The position numbers and the translations under genes are program-made. Source: an uncultured delta proteobacterium (GTDB taxonomy: Bacteria; Desulfobacterota; RBG-13-43-22). Taken from it: a DNA stretch of 64,000 nucleotides. Positions within the stretch are counted from its first letter, which is position 1, and each line of letters opens with the position of its first letter. This document shows, piece after piece, positions 30,337 to 39,412 of the stretch. The notes under the pieces were generated by a model that was not told the origin of the DNA, made no database searches, and saw nothing but the letters and a program-made list of their open reading frames with translations. Location: NCBI GenBank assembly GCA_963802945.1, contig CAWDKY010000053.1, positions 128,001 through 192,000 on the forward strand. Direction: 5' to 3'.

Positions 30337-31131
30337 ATGGCAACAGACCAAGTTGTTCTCGTAGAAACCAAAAACAGGATTTGCGTATTGACCTTTAATC
30401 AACCGGATAAACTGAACGCCATGAACGATGTCATGGCCGTGGCCTTCAGTTCCGCCATTGACCAAATCAAGAAGAATTCGGAACCCAAAGTGTTGATCCT
30501 TACCGGTGCCGGCCGGTCTTTCAGCGCCGGCGGCAACCTGGATAAGATGAGGGGCAATGTGGGCTCAAACCCGGCCAAACGCAAAAAAGAGTCTTTCGCC
30601 TTTTATAATTCTTTTCTGCGTCTGATGGATCTGGAAATTCCGACCATCGCTGCCATCAACGGCCATGCCATCGGCGCCGGGGCCTGCGTCAGCCTGGCCT
30701 GCGACATGAGAATAGCGGCCACCAACAGCAAGATCGGTTTCACCTTCGCCAAGATCGGGCTTCATCCCGGAATGGGCGCGGAATACTTCCTTACCAGATT
30801 GATCGGCCGGGCCAGGACCTTTGAACTTTTGATGACCGGGGATATCCTCTCCGCCGAAGAGGCCTTTCGTATTGGGCTGGTCAATCATCTCAGCCCGCCG
30901 GAAAAATTGATGGATCATGCCCTCGAACTGGCTGGAAAAATCGCCGCCATGCCGGTTTTACCCATCAGGATGCTTAAGGAATCCATCGACGCCGCCACCA
31001 GAAACACCCTGGCTGAAACCTTGCACCGGGAAGCGACTTATCAGGCCTTATGTTATATGACCACGGACATTATCGAAGGAATCGATTCGACCAAAGAAAA
31101 AAGGCCAGCAAAATTCAAAGATGAATATTAA
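30337..31131 (+). CDS. Enoyl-CoA hydratase/isomerase family lacking catalytic acidic residues
   Basis: FSAGGN, AINGHAIGAG, ACDMRIA, GFTF..IGLHPGMG. Confidence 0.88.
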   Translation: MATDQVVLVETKNRICVLTFNQPDKLNAMNDVMAVAFSSAIDQIKKNSEPKVLILTGAGRSFSAGGNLDKMRGNVGSNPAKRKKESFAFYNSFLRLMDLEIPTIAAINGHAIGAGACVSLACDMRIAATNSKIGFTFAKIGLHPGMGAEYFLTRLIGRARTFELLMTGDILSAEEAFRIGLVNHLSPPEKLMDHALELAGKIAAMPVLPIRMLKESIDAATRNTLAETLHREATYQALCYMTTDIIEGIDSTKEKRPAKFKDEY

Positions 31132-31160
31132 TCGAAGAGGTTTGACAGGGCTGTGCAGAT

Positions 31161-32075
31161 TTAAGGCATTTTACACCGCTTTTTTAATGCCGCCACGTCA
31201 TCCGGAGCCAGCTCCAGTGCCTTGGACTTAATCAGCCGGTACATAACAGCATCCTCGTTCTGACTGTGGTCCAGGCCCAGGACATGGCCGAATTCATGGG
31301 CAAGCACGCGGACCAGCCGGTAGTCGTTATCAAACTGAAAAATGGTAATGGACTGCCGGCCATTCTGGTTTTCATAGTGGCCTTCACAGAACTTAGGCCC
31401 AAGGGCCTGGCCCAGACTCTGATGGTTGCCCAAATCCAGGTTGTAATCGGATGCGATTTCATTAATGACCACCACCAAGCTGTTGATCGTATCCGCCAGT
31501 CTTTTAAGTTCCTCCTGCTGTCCCTGCAGATGATCACGCAGTGCATTCAATTCATTTTTTTCATTCAACAGCCGCGAGTGGATGCTTTCAGAAACTACTC
31601 CGCTTCGGTTCCAGGATTCGGCTTCCCTATTGAAAGTGTTCATCCGGGCATTGAAGGCATTAAAGTCAGCAGCCAAGGATATATTTTTTTGTTCATATTC
31701 TGCTTTTAAATTTTCACAGTCTGTTTTTAATTCCTCATAGGAATCTTTGGAACGGTCAATTTTATAATGGAGCTTTTTTAAGTTGTCCGTTGCCTGCTGC
31801 CTGTAGTCATAAACCAGGTTGACCTCGACGACACCTTCAAGATCTTCTCGAAAAAGTTCCCGGGAAAAGGGTTTCCCCCACATGGCCGCCGCCATATTCA
31901 CGGCTGTTCTAAATTCCTGACGGGTTAACCCGAACCTTTCATCCATTTTACCGATACGAAAAGTTATTGGTTCCTGACAGGGCCTTGGCATTCGGAAATA
32001 AATAACGGCCGAAATAATTAAGATGATGAGGAAGAGGATAAGCAACCAGCCTGTTGTTTTCGATGAGATGTTCAT
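31161..32075 (-). CDS. Matrixin-family (M10) zinc metalloprotease with N-terminal anchor and coiled coil
   Basis: HEFGHVLGLDH zinc motif plus AVMY Met-turn. Confidence 0.85.
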   Translation of the reverse strand: MNISSKTTGWLLILFLIILIISAVIYFRMPRPCQEPITFRIGKMDERFGLTRQEFRTAVNMAAAMWGKPFSRELFREDLEGVVEVNLVYDYRQQATDNLKKLHYKIDRSKDSYEELKTDCENLKAEYEQKNISLAADFNAFNARMNTFNREAESWNRSGVVSESIHSRLLNEKNELNALRDHLQGQQEELKRLADTINSLVVVINEIASDYNLDLGNHQSLGQALGPKFCEGHYENQNGRQSITIFQFDNDYRLVRVLAHEFGHVLGLDHSQNEDAVMYRLIKSKALELAPDDVAALKKRCKMP

Positions 32076-32288
32076 AGCAAATATTTTAGAAAAAATGCAG
32101 GATCAGTTTTAATTAAATTTTTCCGGATGATCGAGTATAAAATAGAGAGAAAATACGAGTCAAGAATAAATATAGGATATGAAGGTCATACGATTATCGT
32201 CCGGTCTAGTTGAATTTTATTTTTTTATAAGTTATATTTATTACCAAATCTTATTAATTGAAATCGATGGACCCAGGAGGGCAAAACC

Positions 32289-33092
32289 ATGGAGGAATTA
32301 ATTCAAAAAGCGGCAGAACATTTGCTTAAAAGTCAGCATGCCATAGCACTGACCGGTGCGGGGAGCTCCACCGAATCGGGAATCAAAGATTTTCGAGGAC
32401 CGGACGGGGTCTGGACCAAGAACCCGGAGGCCGAAAGAAAGGCCTACGAAGCTTATGCCCGGTTTCAGGCCAATCCCAAACAATTTTGGAAAGAAACCCT
32501 GGCCGGGGCCTCACTTATGGGAAATCTGGAGGATGCCCTCCCTAATCCGGGCCACTATGCCCTGGTCGAGCTGGAGAAAATGGGCATCCTGAAATGTGTG
32601 GTCACCCAGAATATCGACAACCTGCACCAGAAGGCAGGAAACAAAAGAGTCTTGGATTATCATGGGAATATCTCCTTGCTCCGATGTTTTTCCTGCGATA
32701 CCCGTTATGACCGCACGGAATACGACCTGGAGCATTTGGCCAAGGAAGATCAATTGCCGCCTTTATGTAAAAAATGTAATGGTGTTCTGAAGTCGGATGT
32801 GGTTTATTTTCAGGAAGCCATTCCTGCGGATGTGGCCCAGGAAAGCCAGGAAGAAGCAAGTAAATGCGATCTCATGTTGATCTGCGGGACCTCGGCCGTG
32901 GTTTATCCTTTTGCCTATCTGCCCAGGATGGCCAGGCAGCGCCGACAGGGAAAACAAACCATTATCATTGAAATCAATGCCGATCCCACTCCCCTGACTG
33001 CAGAAGGGATATCGGATTACCTGATCCAGGGCAAGACCGGCACTATATTGCCGAAACTCGTGAAAGAGGTTAAAAAAGAACTCCATAAATGA
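32289..33092 (+). CDS. Sir2-family NAD-dependent protein deacylase
   Basis: TGAG.STESGI.DFRG, TQNIDNLH, HG....RC..C, C..C...K.DVV.F.E, GTSA.VYP. Confidence 0.93.
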   Translation: MEELIQKAAEHLLKSQHAIALTGAGSSTESGIKDFRGPDGVWTKNPEAERKAYEAYARFQANPKQFWKETLAGASLMGNLEDALPNPGHYALVELEKMGILKCVVTQNIDNLHQKAGNKRVLDYHGNISLLRCFSCDTRYDRTEYDLEHLAKEDQLPPLCKKCNGVLKSDVVYFQEAIPADVAQESQEEASKCDLMLICGTSAVVYPFAYLPRMARQRRQGKQTIIIEINADPTPLTAEGISDYLIQGKTGTILPKLVKEVKKELHK

Positions 33093-33186
33093 TGAGATAG
33101 TTCATTCAACCCTCAGGAGAAACTTTGCATTGGAGGATGGAATAAAAATAAAAAGAGAAACAGGGAAAAAATTTCGGAGCGCTCTT

Positions 33187-33514
33187 ATGTCCAATCCAAA
33201 AGTGCCTGTCAAACATTACCAGAAGTTGTTTAAACTTTTTTCTGAAGCCATCTCCGTCCTCGAAACACTCGACTCAGCAATCCACGATGCCGGTCCGATA
33301 AAGGAAAAGACGGCAGAATTCATCTAACTGGCCGGTGCAGCTGCCGTACATTCTTAGGGATCGGTTACCTTCGCATACCCGTCGGGCTGTCTAGGAAGGG
33401 ACCTCAAAGGAGGAAATCCAATCTACCTTGTTGTTGCTCATCTCGACTATCGAATTTCCTCGCGCTTCCACCGCTATGAAATAGGTAGAGGATATCTTGG
33501 ATAAGTCCAACTAA
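33187..33514 (+). pseudogene. Carboxymuconolactone decarboxylase-family pseudogene
   Basis: AGPI.EKTAEFI*LAGAAA.HS*GSV...EEI...LLLLISTI.FP; several internal stop codons. Confidence 0.7.
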
Positions 33515-33688
33515 CGGTTTTCCCTCCAGGAAAATGGTGTATAGAATTCAATCCCACCCTGAGACTGGAATCCTCAAATCCTATTTTCATATTAACTCCG
33601 TAATTAATTAACAATTTCTGGACAAAAGAGAATTTTTTTTATATAAATAACAAGTTACTGAATTGATGGTCAGTAAGTAAGAGGTACT

Positions 33689-34950
33689 ATGAATATTCAA
33701 GCCTTAAAGGGTTTTAAAGACATCCTTCCCGGTGAAGCGGAGAAATGGGTCTTCATGGAAGAAACGGCCCGTGGGATCTTCCGGACCTTCGGCTTTTCTG
33801 AAATCAGAACCCCAATCCTGGAAAAAACGGACCTCTTTGTCCGTTCCATCGGTTCTTATACCGATATTGTCGAAAAAGAAATGTACACCATCATTGACCG
33901 AAGCGGGGATTCGATCACTTTACGCCCTGAGGCTACGGCCTCGGTATTGCGGGCCTTTATCGAGCACAATCTCCAAGGGCAACAGCCGATCCACAAACTT
34001 TTTTCCATCGGCCCCATGTTCCGCCATGAACGGCCCCAAAAAGGACGCTTGCGCCAGTTCCATCAGATCAATGCCGAATATATAGGAACCGACAGCCCGT
34101 TATGCCGATGCGGAGATGATTTATCTTTTGATGCAAATTCTGGATCACCTGGGGCTTCAGGAAACCCGCCTGCGAATCAATTCCCTGGGCTGCCCGGTTT
34201 GCCGGCCTTCTTTCACCTCGGCCCTGCAAGGAGTTTCTGGAAGACAACAAATCGGTTTTATGCCCGGACTGTCAACGCCGGACGGTGACCAATCCCTTAC
34301 GGGTATTTGACTGCAAGGTGGAACGCTGTCAGGAAGTTTTAGTAGCACGCTCCGACCATCACGGCTTTTAATTGCCCGGAATGTCAAACCCATTTTGCTC
34401 AAGTGCAGGAACTCATCTATCGGCTTCACATTCCATCCCATCTGGATCCCAGACTGGTCCGAGGACTGGATTATTACTGCCGGACTACCTTTGAGGTCAG
34501 TGCCGGCCATCTTGGGGCCCAGGATGCGGTGGCCGGCGGCGGGCGTTATGACGGCCTGCATTCGGCTGTTGGGGGGGCCTGATCTGCCGGCTATCGGTTT
34601 TGCCATTGGTCTGGAAAGAGCGGCGCTGCTTTTATCTCCTCAGGAAGAATGGCTAAGCCGGCCTTTCGTTTTTATTATCCCTTTAGGAGCAGAGGCCCGA
34701 GATAAGGCTTTTGATCTATTAACGACCCTTATTAAAAAAGAAATACCGGCCGTTATGGATTATGAAGATAAAAGTTTGAAAAGCCGGCTTAGAACGGGCC
34801 GATAAGGTCAAAAGTCATTATGCCGCCATCTTGGGAACTGAGGAACTGAATAAGGATCAGATCCTGATCCGCAACTTGAACACTCAGAGTCAGGAAGAAA
34901 TTCCGATTCCCCAATTTTTAGATTATTTTTTAGAAAGATATCTCAAATAA
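33689..34950 (+). CDS. hisS: Histidyl-tRNA synthetase (several frameshifts, probably sequencing errors)
   Basis: KGFKDILP, DIVEKEMY, LRPEATAS, FRHERPQKGRLRQFHQ, GFAIGLER across frames. Confidence 0.93.
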
Positions 34951-34952
34951 AA

Positions 34953-35047
34953 GGATTCAAGGGGTCAAGGGGTCAAGGATTCGAGTGAAAAATAATTAAA
35001 TTCAAAAAACATCCTTGAACCCTTGAATCCTAGAATCCTCGAATCCT
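34953..35047. repeat. Octamer-unit hairpin (GGATTCAA/GGGGTCAA ... TTGAACCC/TTGAATCC)
   Basis: 4 units per arm around an AT-rich loop. Confidence 0.75.
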
Positions 35048-35067
35048 GTTCTTTAAAGGAGAACCCA

Positions 35068-36849
35068 TTGACTGAAACCAAACCCATCGGACAGCGGACC
35101 CACGACTGTGGAACTCTGACTGCCCAGGATATAGGCCGGTTCGTAACCTTGGCCGGATGGGTGGACACCCGCCGTGACCATGGAGGGCTTATCTTTATTG
35201 ACCTCCGGGACCGGGCCGGCATCACCCAGGTCGTATTCAACCCGGAGATCAACAGCACTGTCCATCAATCGGCCCATCAACTTCGTAGTGAATATGTTAT
35301 TATCATTCACGGAAAAGTGCGTTCCCGGCCCGAAGGCATGGCCAATCCCAATCTGAGAACCGGAGAAATCGAAGTCCTGGTGGATGAATATCAATTATTG
35401 AATACTTCCAAGACCCCACCCTTTACCCTGGAAGACACGGCCGAAGTCTCTGAGGCCGTCCGTCTGCACTACCGTTATCTCGACCTTCGCCGTCCGAGCC
35501 TGCAGAAAAATTTTTTTATCCGCCACCAGGCCATCCAGTTCATCCGAAATTTCCTGAACCAAAAAGGGTTCTGTGATGTGGAAACCCCTTTCCTGACCAA
35601 AAGCACTCCGGAAGGGGCCAGGGACTATCTCGTCCCCAGCCGGGTCCAACAGGGAAAGTTCTTCGCCCTGCCCCAGTCTCCTCAGCTCTTCAAACAACTC
35701 CTGATGGTGGCCGGCTTTGACCGCTATTATCAGGTGGTCCGCTGCTTCAGGGATGAAGACCTCCGTGCCGACCGGCAGCCGGAATTCACCCAGTTGGACA
35801 TGGAGTTGTCCTTTATTTCCGAAGATGATATTTACGATTTAATTGAAGAACTTATGTGCCAATTATTCAAGCAGATTCTTAAAATTGAAATTCCCAGGCC
35901 TTTCCGTCGACTGACTTATGAAGAGGCCATGAATCGCTATGGGACCGACCGTCCGGACTTGAGGTTCGGGCTGGAAATTATGGATCTGACCGACCTGGTC
36001 AAGCAGTCAAAGGTCAAGGTCTTTGTCGAAGCCGCCCAGAAAGGAGGCTGCGTCAAGGCCATCAGAGTCCCTGACGGCGCCGCCTTTTCCCGCAAGGATT
36101 TGGATGAGCTTACCGGCCTGGCCCAAGAATGGGGGGCCAAGGGCCTGGCCTGGGCCAAGATCAATCCTGAAGGATGGCAGTCTCCCTTGGCCAAATTCTT
36201 TACCGAAGAAGAGCGAAAGACCATAGACCGGACCTTGGAAGCCCGGCCCGATGATCTGATTATTTTCCAGGCCGATGTCCCTTCCGTGGTCCATGAAGTC
36301 CTGGGTAAGATCCGTCTCCATCTCGGGGCACAGCTTCCCCTGCCCCAAAATCAGTTTGAATTTACCTGGGTCCTTCAATTCCCCCTTTTGGAATATCGGT
36401 CGGAAGAAGGCCGCTACGGTGCGGTGCATCACCCTTTCACCGCACCTTTGGAGGAAGACCTCCCTCTTCTGGAAACCCAGCCGGAGAAAGTCCGTTCCCG
36501 CGCCTACGATCTGGTCTTGAATGGCAATGAAATCGGCGGCGGCAGTATCCGTATCCATCAAAGAAGTCTGCAGGAGCAGATCTTTAAAGTCCTTAAAATT
36601 TCCGCGGAAGAGGCGGAAGAAAAGTTTGGCTTTCTTCTGGAGGCCCTGGAAATGGGTGCCCCGCCCCACGGCGGGATCGCCTTTGGATTGGACCGCTTGA
36701 TTATGCTGATGACCGGCGTCCCATCTTTGAGGGAAGTCATTGCCTTTCCCAAAACCCAAAAGGCGGTCTGCCCCATGACCAACGCTCCCGCCAGTGTCAG
36801 CAGGATCCAGTTAAATGAGTTGGGGTTGAGGTTGGACATCAAAAAATAA
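35068..36849 (+). CDS. aspS: Aspartyl-tRNA synthetase (likely non-discriminating Asp/Asn type)
   Basis: RRDHGGLIFIDLRD, STPEGARDYLVPSR, CFRDEDLRADRQPEFTQ, GAPPHGGIAFGLDR; TTG 35068 after AAGGAG. Confidence 0.97.
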   Translation: MTETKPIGQRTHDCGTLTAQDIGRFVTLAGWVDTRRDHGGLIFIDLRDRAGITQVVFNPEINSTVHQSAHQLRSEYVIIIHGKVRSRPEGMANPNLRTGEIEVLVDEYQLLNTSKTPPFTLEDTAEVSEAVRLHYRYLDLRRPSLQKNFFIRHQAIQFIRNFLNQKGFCDVETPFLTKSTPEGARDYLVPSRVQQGKFFALPQSPQLFKQLLMVAGFDRYYQVVRCFRDEDLRADRQPEFTQLDMELSFISEDDIYDLIEELMCQLFKQILKIEIPRPFRRLTYEEAMNRYGTDRPDLRFGLEIMDLTDLVKQSKVKVFVEAAQKGGCVKAIRVPDGAAFSRKDLDELTGLAQEWGAKGLAWAKINPEGWQSPLAKFFTEEERKTIDRTLEARPDDLIIFQADVPSVVHEVLGKIRLHLGAQLPLPQNQFEFTWVLQFPLLEYRSEEGRYGAVHHPFTAPLEEDLPLLETQPEKVRSRAYDLVLNGNEIGGGSIRIHQRSLQEQIFKVLKISAEEAEEKFGFLLEALEMGAPPHGGIAFGLDRLIMLMTGVPSLREVIAFPKTQKAVCPMTNAPASVSRIQLNELGLRLDIKK

Positions 36850-36859
36850 TGAGAAGACA

Positions 36860-36947
36860 TTCAGCGTTCAGTGTTGAGTGTTCGGCGAAAGAGGAATGGG
36901 AATTTAAGATTTTTACTCGACGAACGACGAACGATTAACGCCGAACA
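36860..36947. repeat. Heptamer-unit hairpin (TTCAGCG/TTCAGTG/TTCGGCG ... CGACGAA/CGCCGAA)
   Basis: Complementary tandem arms; half copy also at 10743-10765. Confidence 0.65.
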
Positions 36948-36961
36948 GTAGGGAGGTTGTT

Positions 36962-38791
36962 ATGGCCCACTGGAACCCGAATAAAAAAGTCCTGGATCAT
37001 GAGCCTAACCGCTTTTGGAACTATGAATTGAAGGACATTCCCGAACCCAACCTGCAGCGGGATATCTTTCCCTATGAGGAGATCTCCCGCATCGATTTTG
37101 ATCACAAGATCTTACCCATCGACCCCTGTGAAGAATTTTGGATCACCGACACCACTTTTCGGGACGGCCAGCAGGCCCGCCCCCCCTATACCCTGGAACA
37201 GGTCCTGAAAATTTTTGATTTTCTCCATCGTATGGGAGGCCCTTATGGGGTCATCCGCCAAACTGAATTCTTTCTTTACAGTAAAAGGGACAAAGAAGCT
37301 CTGCGCAAATGTCAGGAAAGGAATTATCCTTATCCGGAAATCACCGGCTGGATCCGGGCCCATCCGGACGACCTGAAACTGGTCAAAGCAATGGGACTCT
37401 CAGAAACCGGAATACTCACCTCGGTCTCCGATTACCATATTTTTTACAAGTTGAATTGGACCCGGTCACAGGCCTTCAAGCAATACATAGCCATCGTGCA
37501 AAAGGCCCTGGATCTGGGCATTGTCCCCCGCTGTCATTTTGAAGATATCACTAAAGCCGATATCTACGGCTTCTGCGTGCCTTTGGCTAGGGAACTGATG
37601 AAACTTCGGGAGTCCTCGGGGATCGACATCAAAATTCGTCTTTGTGATACCTTGGGCTATGGAGTCACTTATCCCGGGGCGGCCCTGCCCCGCAGTGTGC
37701 CCAGATTAGTCCGGGCCATGATCGACGACGCCGGGGTCCCCGGCCGTCTTCTGGAATGGCACGGCCACAACGACTTTCATAAAGGATTTATCAACGCCAC
37801 CACCTCCTGGCTTTATGGTTGTGCGGCCGTCAACGGCGCCCTGCTCGGTTTTGGGGAACGCACTGGGAATACGCCGATTGAGGGTCTACTGATCGAATAT
37901 ATCAGTCTCGTGGGGCAGGATAACGGGATTGACACCCAGGCCATTACCGAGATGGCCGAGTATATTGAAAAAGAACTCCATTATGCCATACCGGCCAATT
38001 TCCCTTTTGTCGGCGAAGATTTTAATGCCACCAGCGCCGGAATCCATGTCGACGGCCTGATCAAGAATGAAGAAATCTATAACATCTTCGACACCCAAAA
38101 AATTCTGGGCCGTCCGATCAGCATTATCATTACCGATAAATCAGGCCTGTCCGGGGTTGTCCACTGGTTGAATAAGCGGCTGGACCTTGCCGGCCAACGG
38201 CCCTTGGATAAACAACACCCCGGGGTGATAAAAATTTACAAATGGGTTATGAAACAATATGAAGAAGGCAGAACCACTTCCATATCTGCCCAGGAAATGG
38301 AGAGGGTCAGCCGAAAACACCTGCCTGAATTTTTTGTCTCTGAGTTTGATGAGCTGAAACAAAAGGCCTACCACCTGGCCTTTCATATCGTTGAAGAAAT
38401 TCTGCAACGGGAAGAAATTCGGAGTATGGACCCGGCCCTTCAGGAACCGATCATGGAAAACTTTATCGAGCTCAATCCCTTTATCCAGTTTATATACGTC
38501 ACCAATATGGAAGGGAAAAAGATCACCAAAAATATCACTCGGATTGTAGACCGGGCCAAATATCAGGTCTTCAAATTGGACGAAGACTTTTCTGACCGGT
38601 CCTGGTTCCATCTTCCTATCAATGATGGAAAGATTCACATTACCGACTTTTATACTTCAAAAATCACCGGTGCCTTGTGTATCACCGTTTCCGGGCCGAT
38701 CCGAAACCATGAGGATGAGATTCGAGGGGTCCTGGGCCTTGACATCAAATTCGAGGATCTGGCCAAGATGGATCAAGATGGAGAATTATAG
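36962..38791 (+). CDS. Re-citrate synthase (DRE-TIM metallolyase) with C-terminal Cache/PDC-like domain
   Basis: TDTTFRDGQQARPPY, TSVSDYHIF, PRCHFEDIT, EWHGHNDF, GERTGN; resembles the Syntrophus aciditrophicus enzyme as recalled. Confidence 0.85.
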   Translation: MAHWNPNKKVLDHEPNRFWNYELKDIPEPNLQRDIFPYEEISRIDFDHKILPIDPCEEFWITDTTFRDGQQARPPYTLEQVLKIFDFLHRMGGPYGVIRQTEFFLYSKRDKEALRKCQERNYPYPEITGWIRAHPDDLKLVKAMGLSETGILTSVSDYHIFYKLNWTRSQAFKQYIAIVQKALDLGIVPRCHFEDITKADIYGFCVPLARELMKLRESSGIDIKIRLCDTLGYGVTYPGAALPRSVPRLVRAMIDDAGVPGRLLEWHGHNDFHKGFINATTSWLYGCAAVNGALLGFGERTGNTPIEGLLIEYISLVGQDNGIDTQAITEMAEYIEKELHYAIPANFPFVGEDFNATSAGIHVDGLIKNEEIYNIFDTQKILGRPISIIITDKSGLSGVVHWLNKRLDLAGQRPLDKQHPGVIKIYKWVMKQYEEGRTTSISAQEMERVSRKHLPEFFVSEFDELKQKAYHLAFHIVEEILQREEIRSMDPALQEPIMENFIELNPFIQFIYVTNMEGKKITKNITRIVDRAKYQVFKLDEDFSDRSWFHLPINDGKIHITDFYTSKITGALCITVSGPIRNHEDEIRGVLGLDIKFEDLAKMDQDGEL

Positions 38792-38866
38792 ACCCTACTT
38801 CCCGACGAGCTTTGAGCTTGACAAAATTTTTTATACTCAGTAGATATTCTGTAACGCTTAAGTTTT

Positions 38867-39014
38867 GATGGCTTCGTAAGAAGTCGAAAGTGATCCTTTT
38901 TCGTCATTCCGGCGAAAGCCGGAATCCAGGAAGATGGAACTGGTTCCCGGCTTTCGCCGGGACGACGTCTGGACCCCGGTTTTCACCGGGGTGACGACTT
39001 GTTATGAGTCCATA
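38867..39014. mobile_element. MITE-like element carrying REP hairpins
   Basis: Imperfect TIRs GATGGCTTCGTAAGAAGTC / GACTTGTTATGAGTCCATA; flanked by AGTTTT on both sides; internal GTCATTCCGGCGAAAGCCGGAATCCAG. Confidence 0.7.
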
Positions 39015-39059
39015 AGTTTTTACACCTAATAAATTCTTAGCAAAGAAGGAGGAGTTATC

Positions 39060-39272
39060 GTGACAGAGATTTTGGCACCTATGGCCGGTAAGATTATTGA
39101 AATTAAAGTAAAGGTAGGAGATTCGGTTCATGAAGACGATGAAGTGGCTGTTATTGAGGCCATGAAAATGGAAATGCCGATTATGGCTTACTCTGATGGA
39201 AAGGTGAAGGAGATCAAGGTAGCCAAAGGGGATTCCGTCGAGGCCGATCAGGTTTTGATGATTATTGAATAA
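39060..39272 (+). CDS. Biotin carboxyl carrier protein
   Basis: APMAGKI, IEAMKME. Confidence 0.93.
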   Translation: MTEILAPMAGKIIEIKVKVGDSVHEDDEVAVIEAMKMEMPIMAYSDGKVKEIKVAKGDSVEADQVLMIIE

Positions 39273-39280
39273 AAGACTAA

Positions 39281-39391
39281 GGGGGATTCAAGGGGTCAAA
39301 TGATAAAGGTTCAAGGTACAAGGTAACCCTTAAACCGTATACCGTGAACCGTAAACCATAAATTCCCTTGAATCCTAGAATCCTTGAACCC
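39281..39391. repeat. Nested octamer/heptamer hairpin
   Basis: Outer GGATTCAA/TTGAATCC arms enclose inner GGTTCAA-GGTACAA / CCGTATA-CCGTGAA-CCGTAAA arms. Confidence 0.7.
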
Positions 39392-39412
39392 TATTTCCTT
39401 TAAAGGTACTTA

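Noticed and set aside
33689-34950. Programmed frameshifting or true pseudogene for hisS
   Set aside because: Several indels without slippery motifs in an essential gene; sequencing error is more parsimonious.
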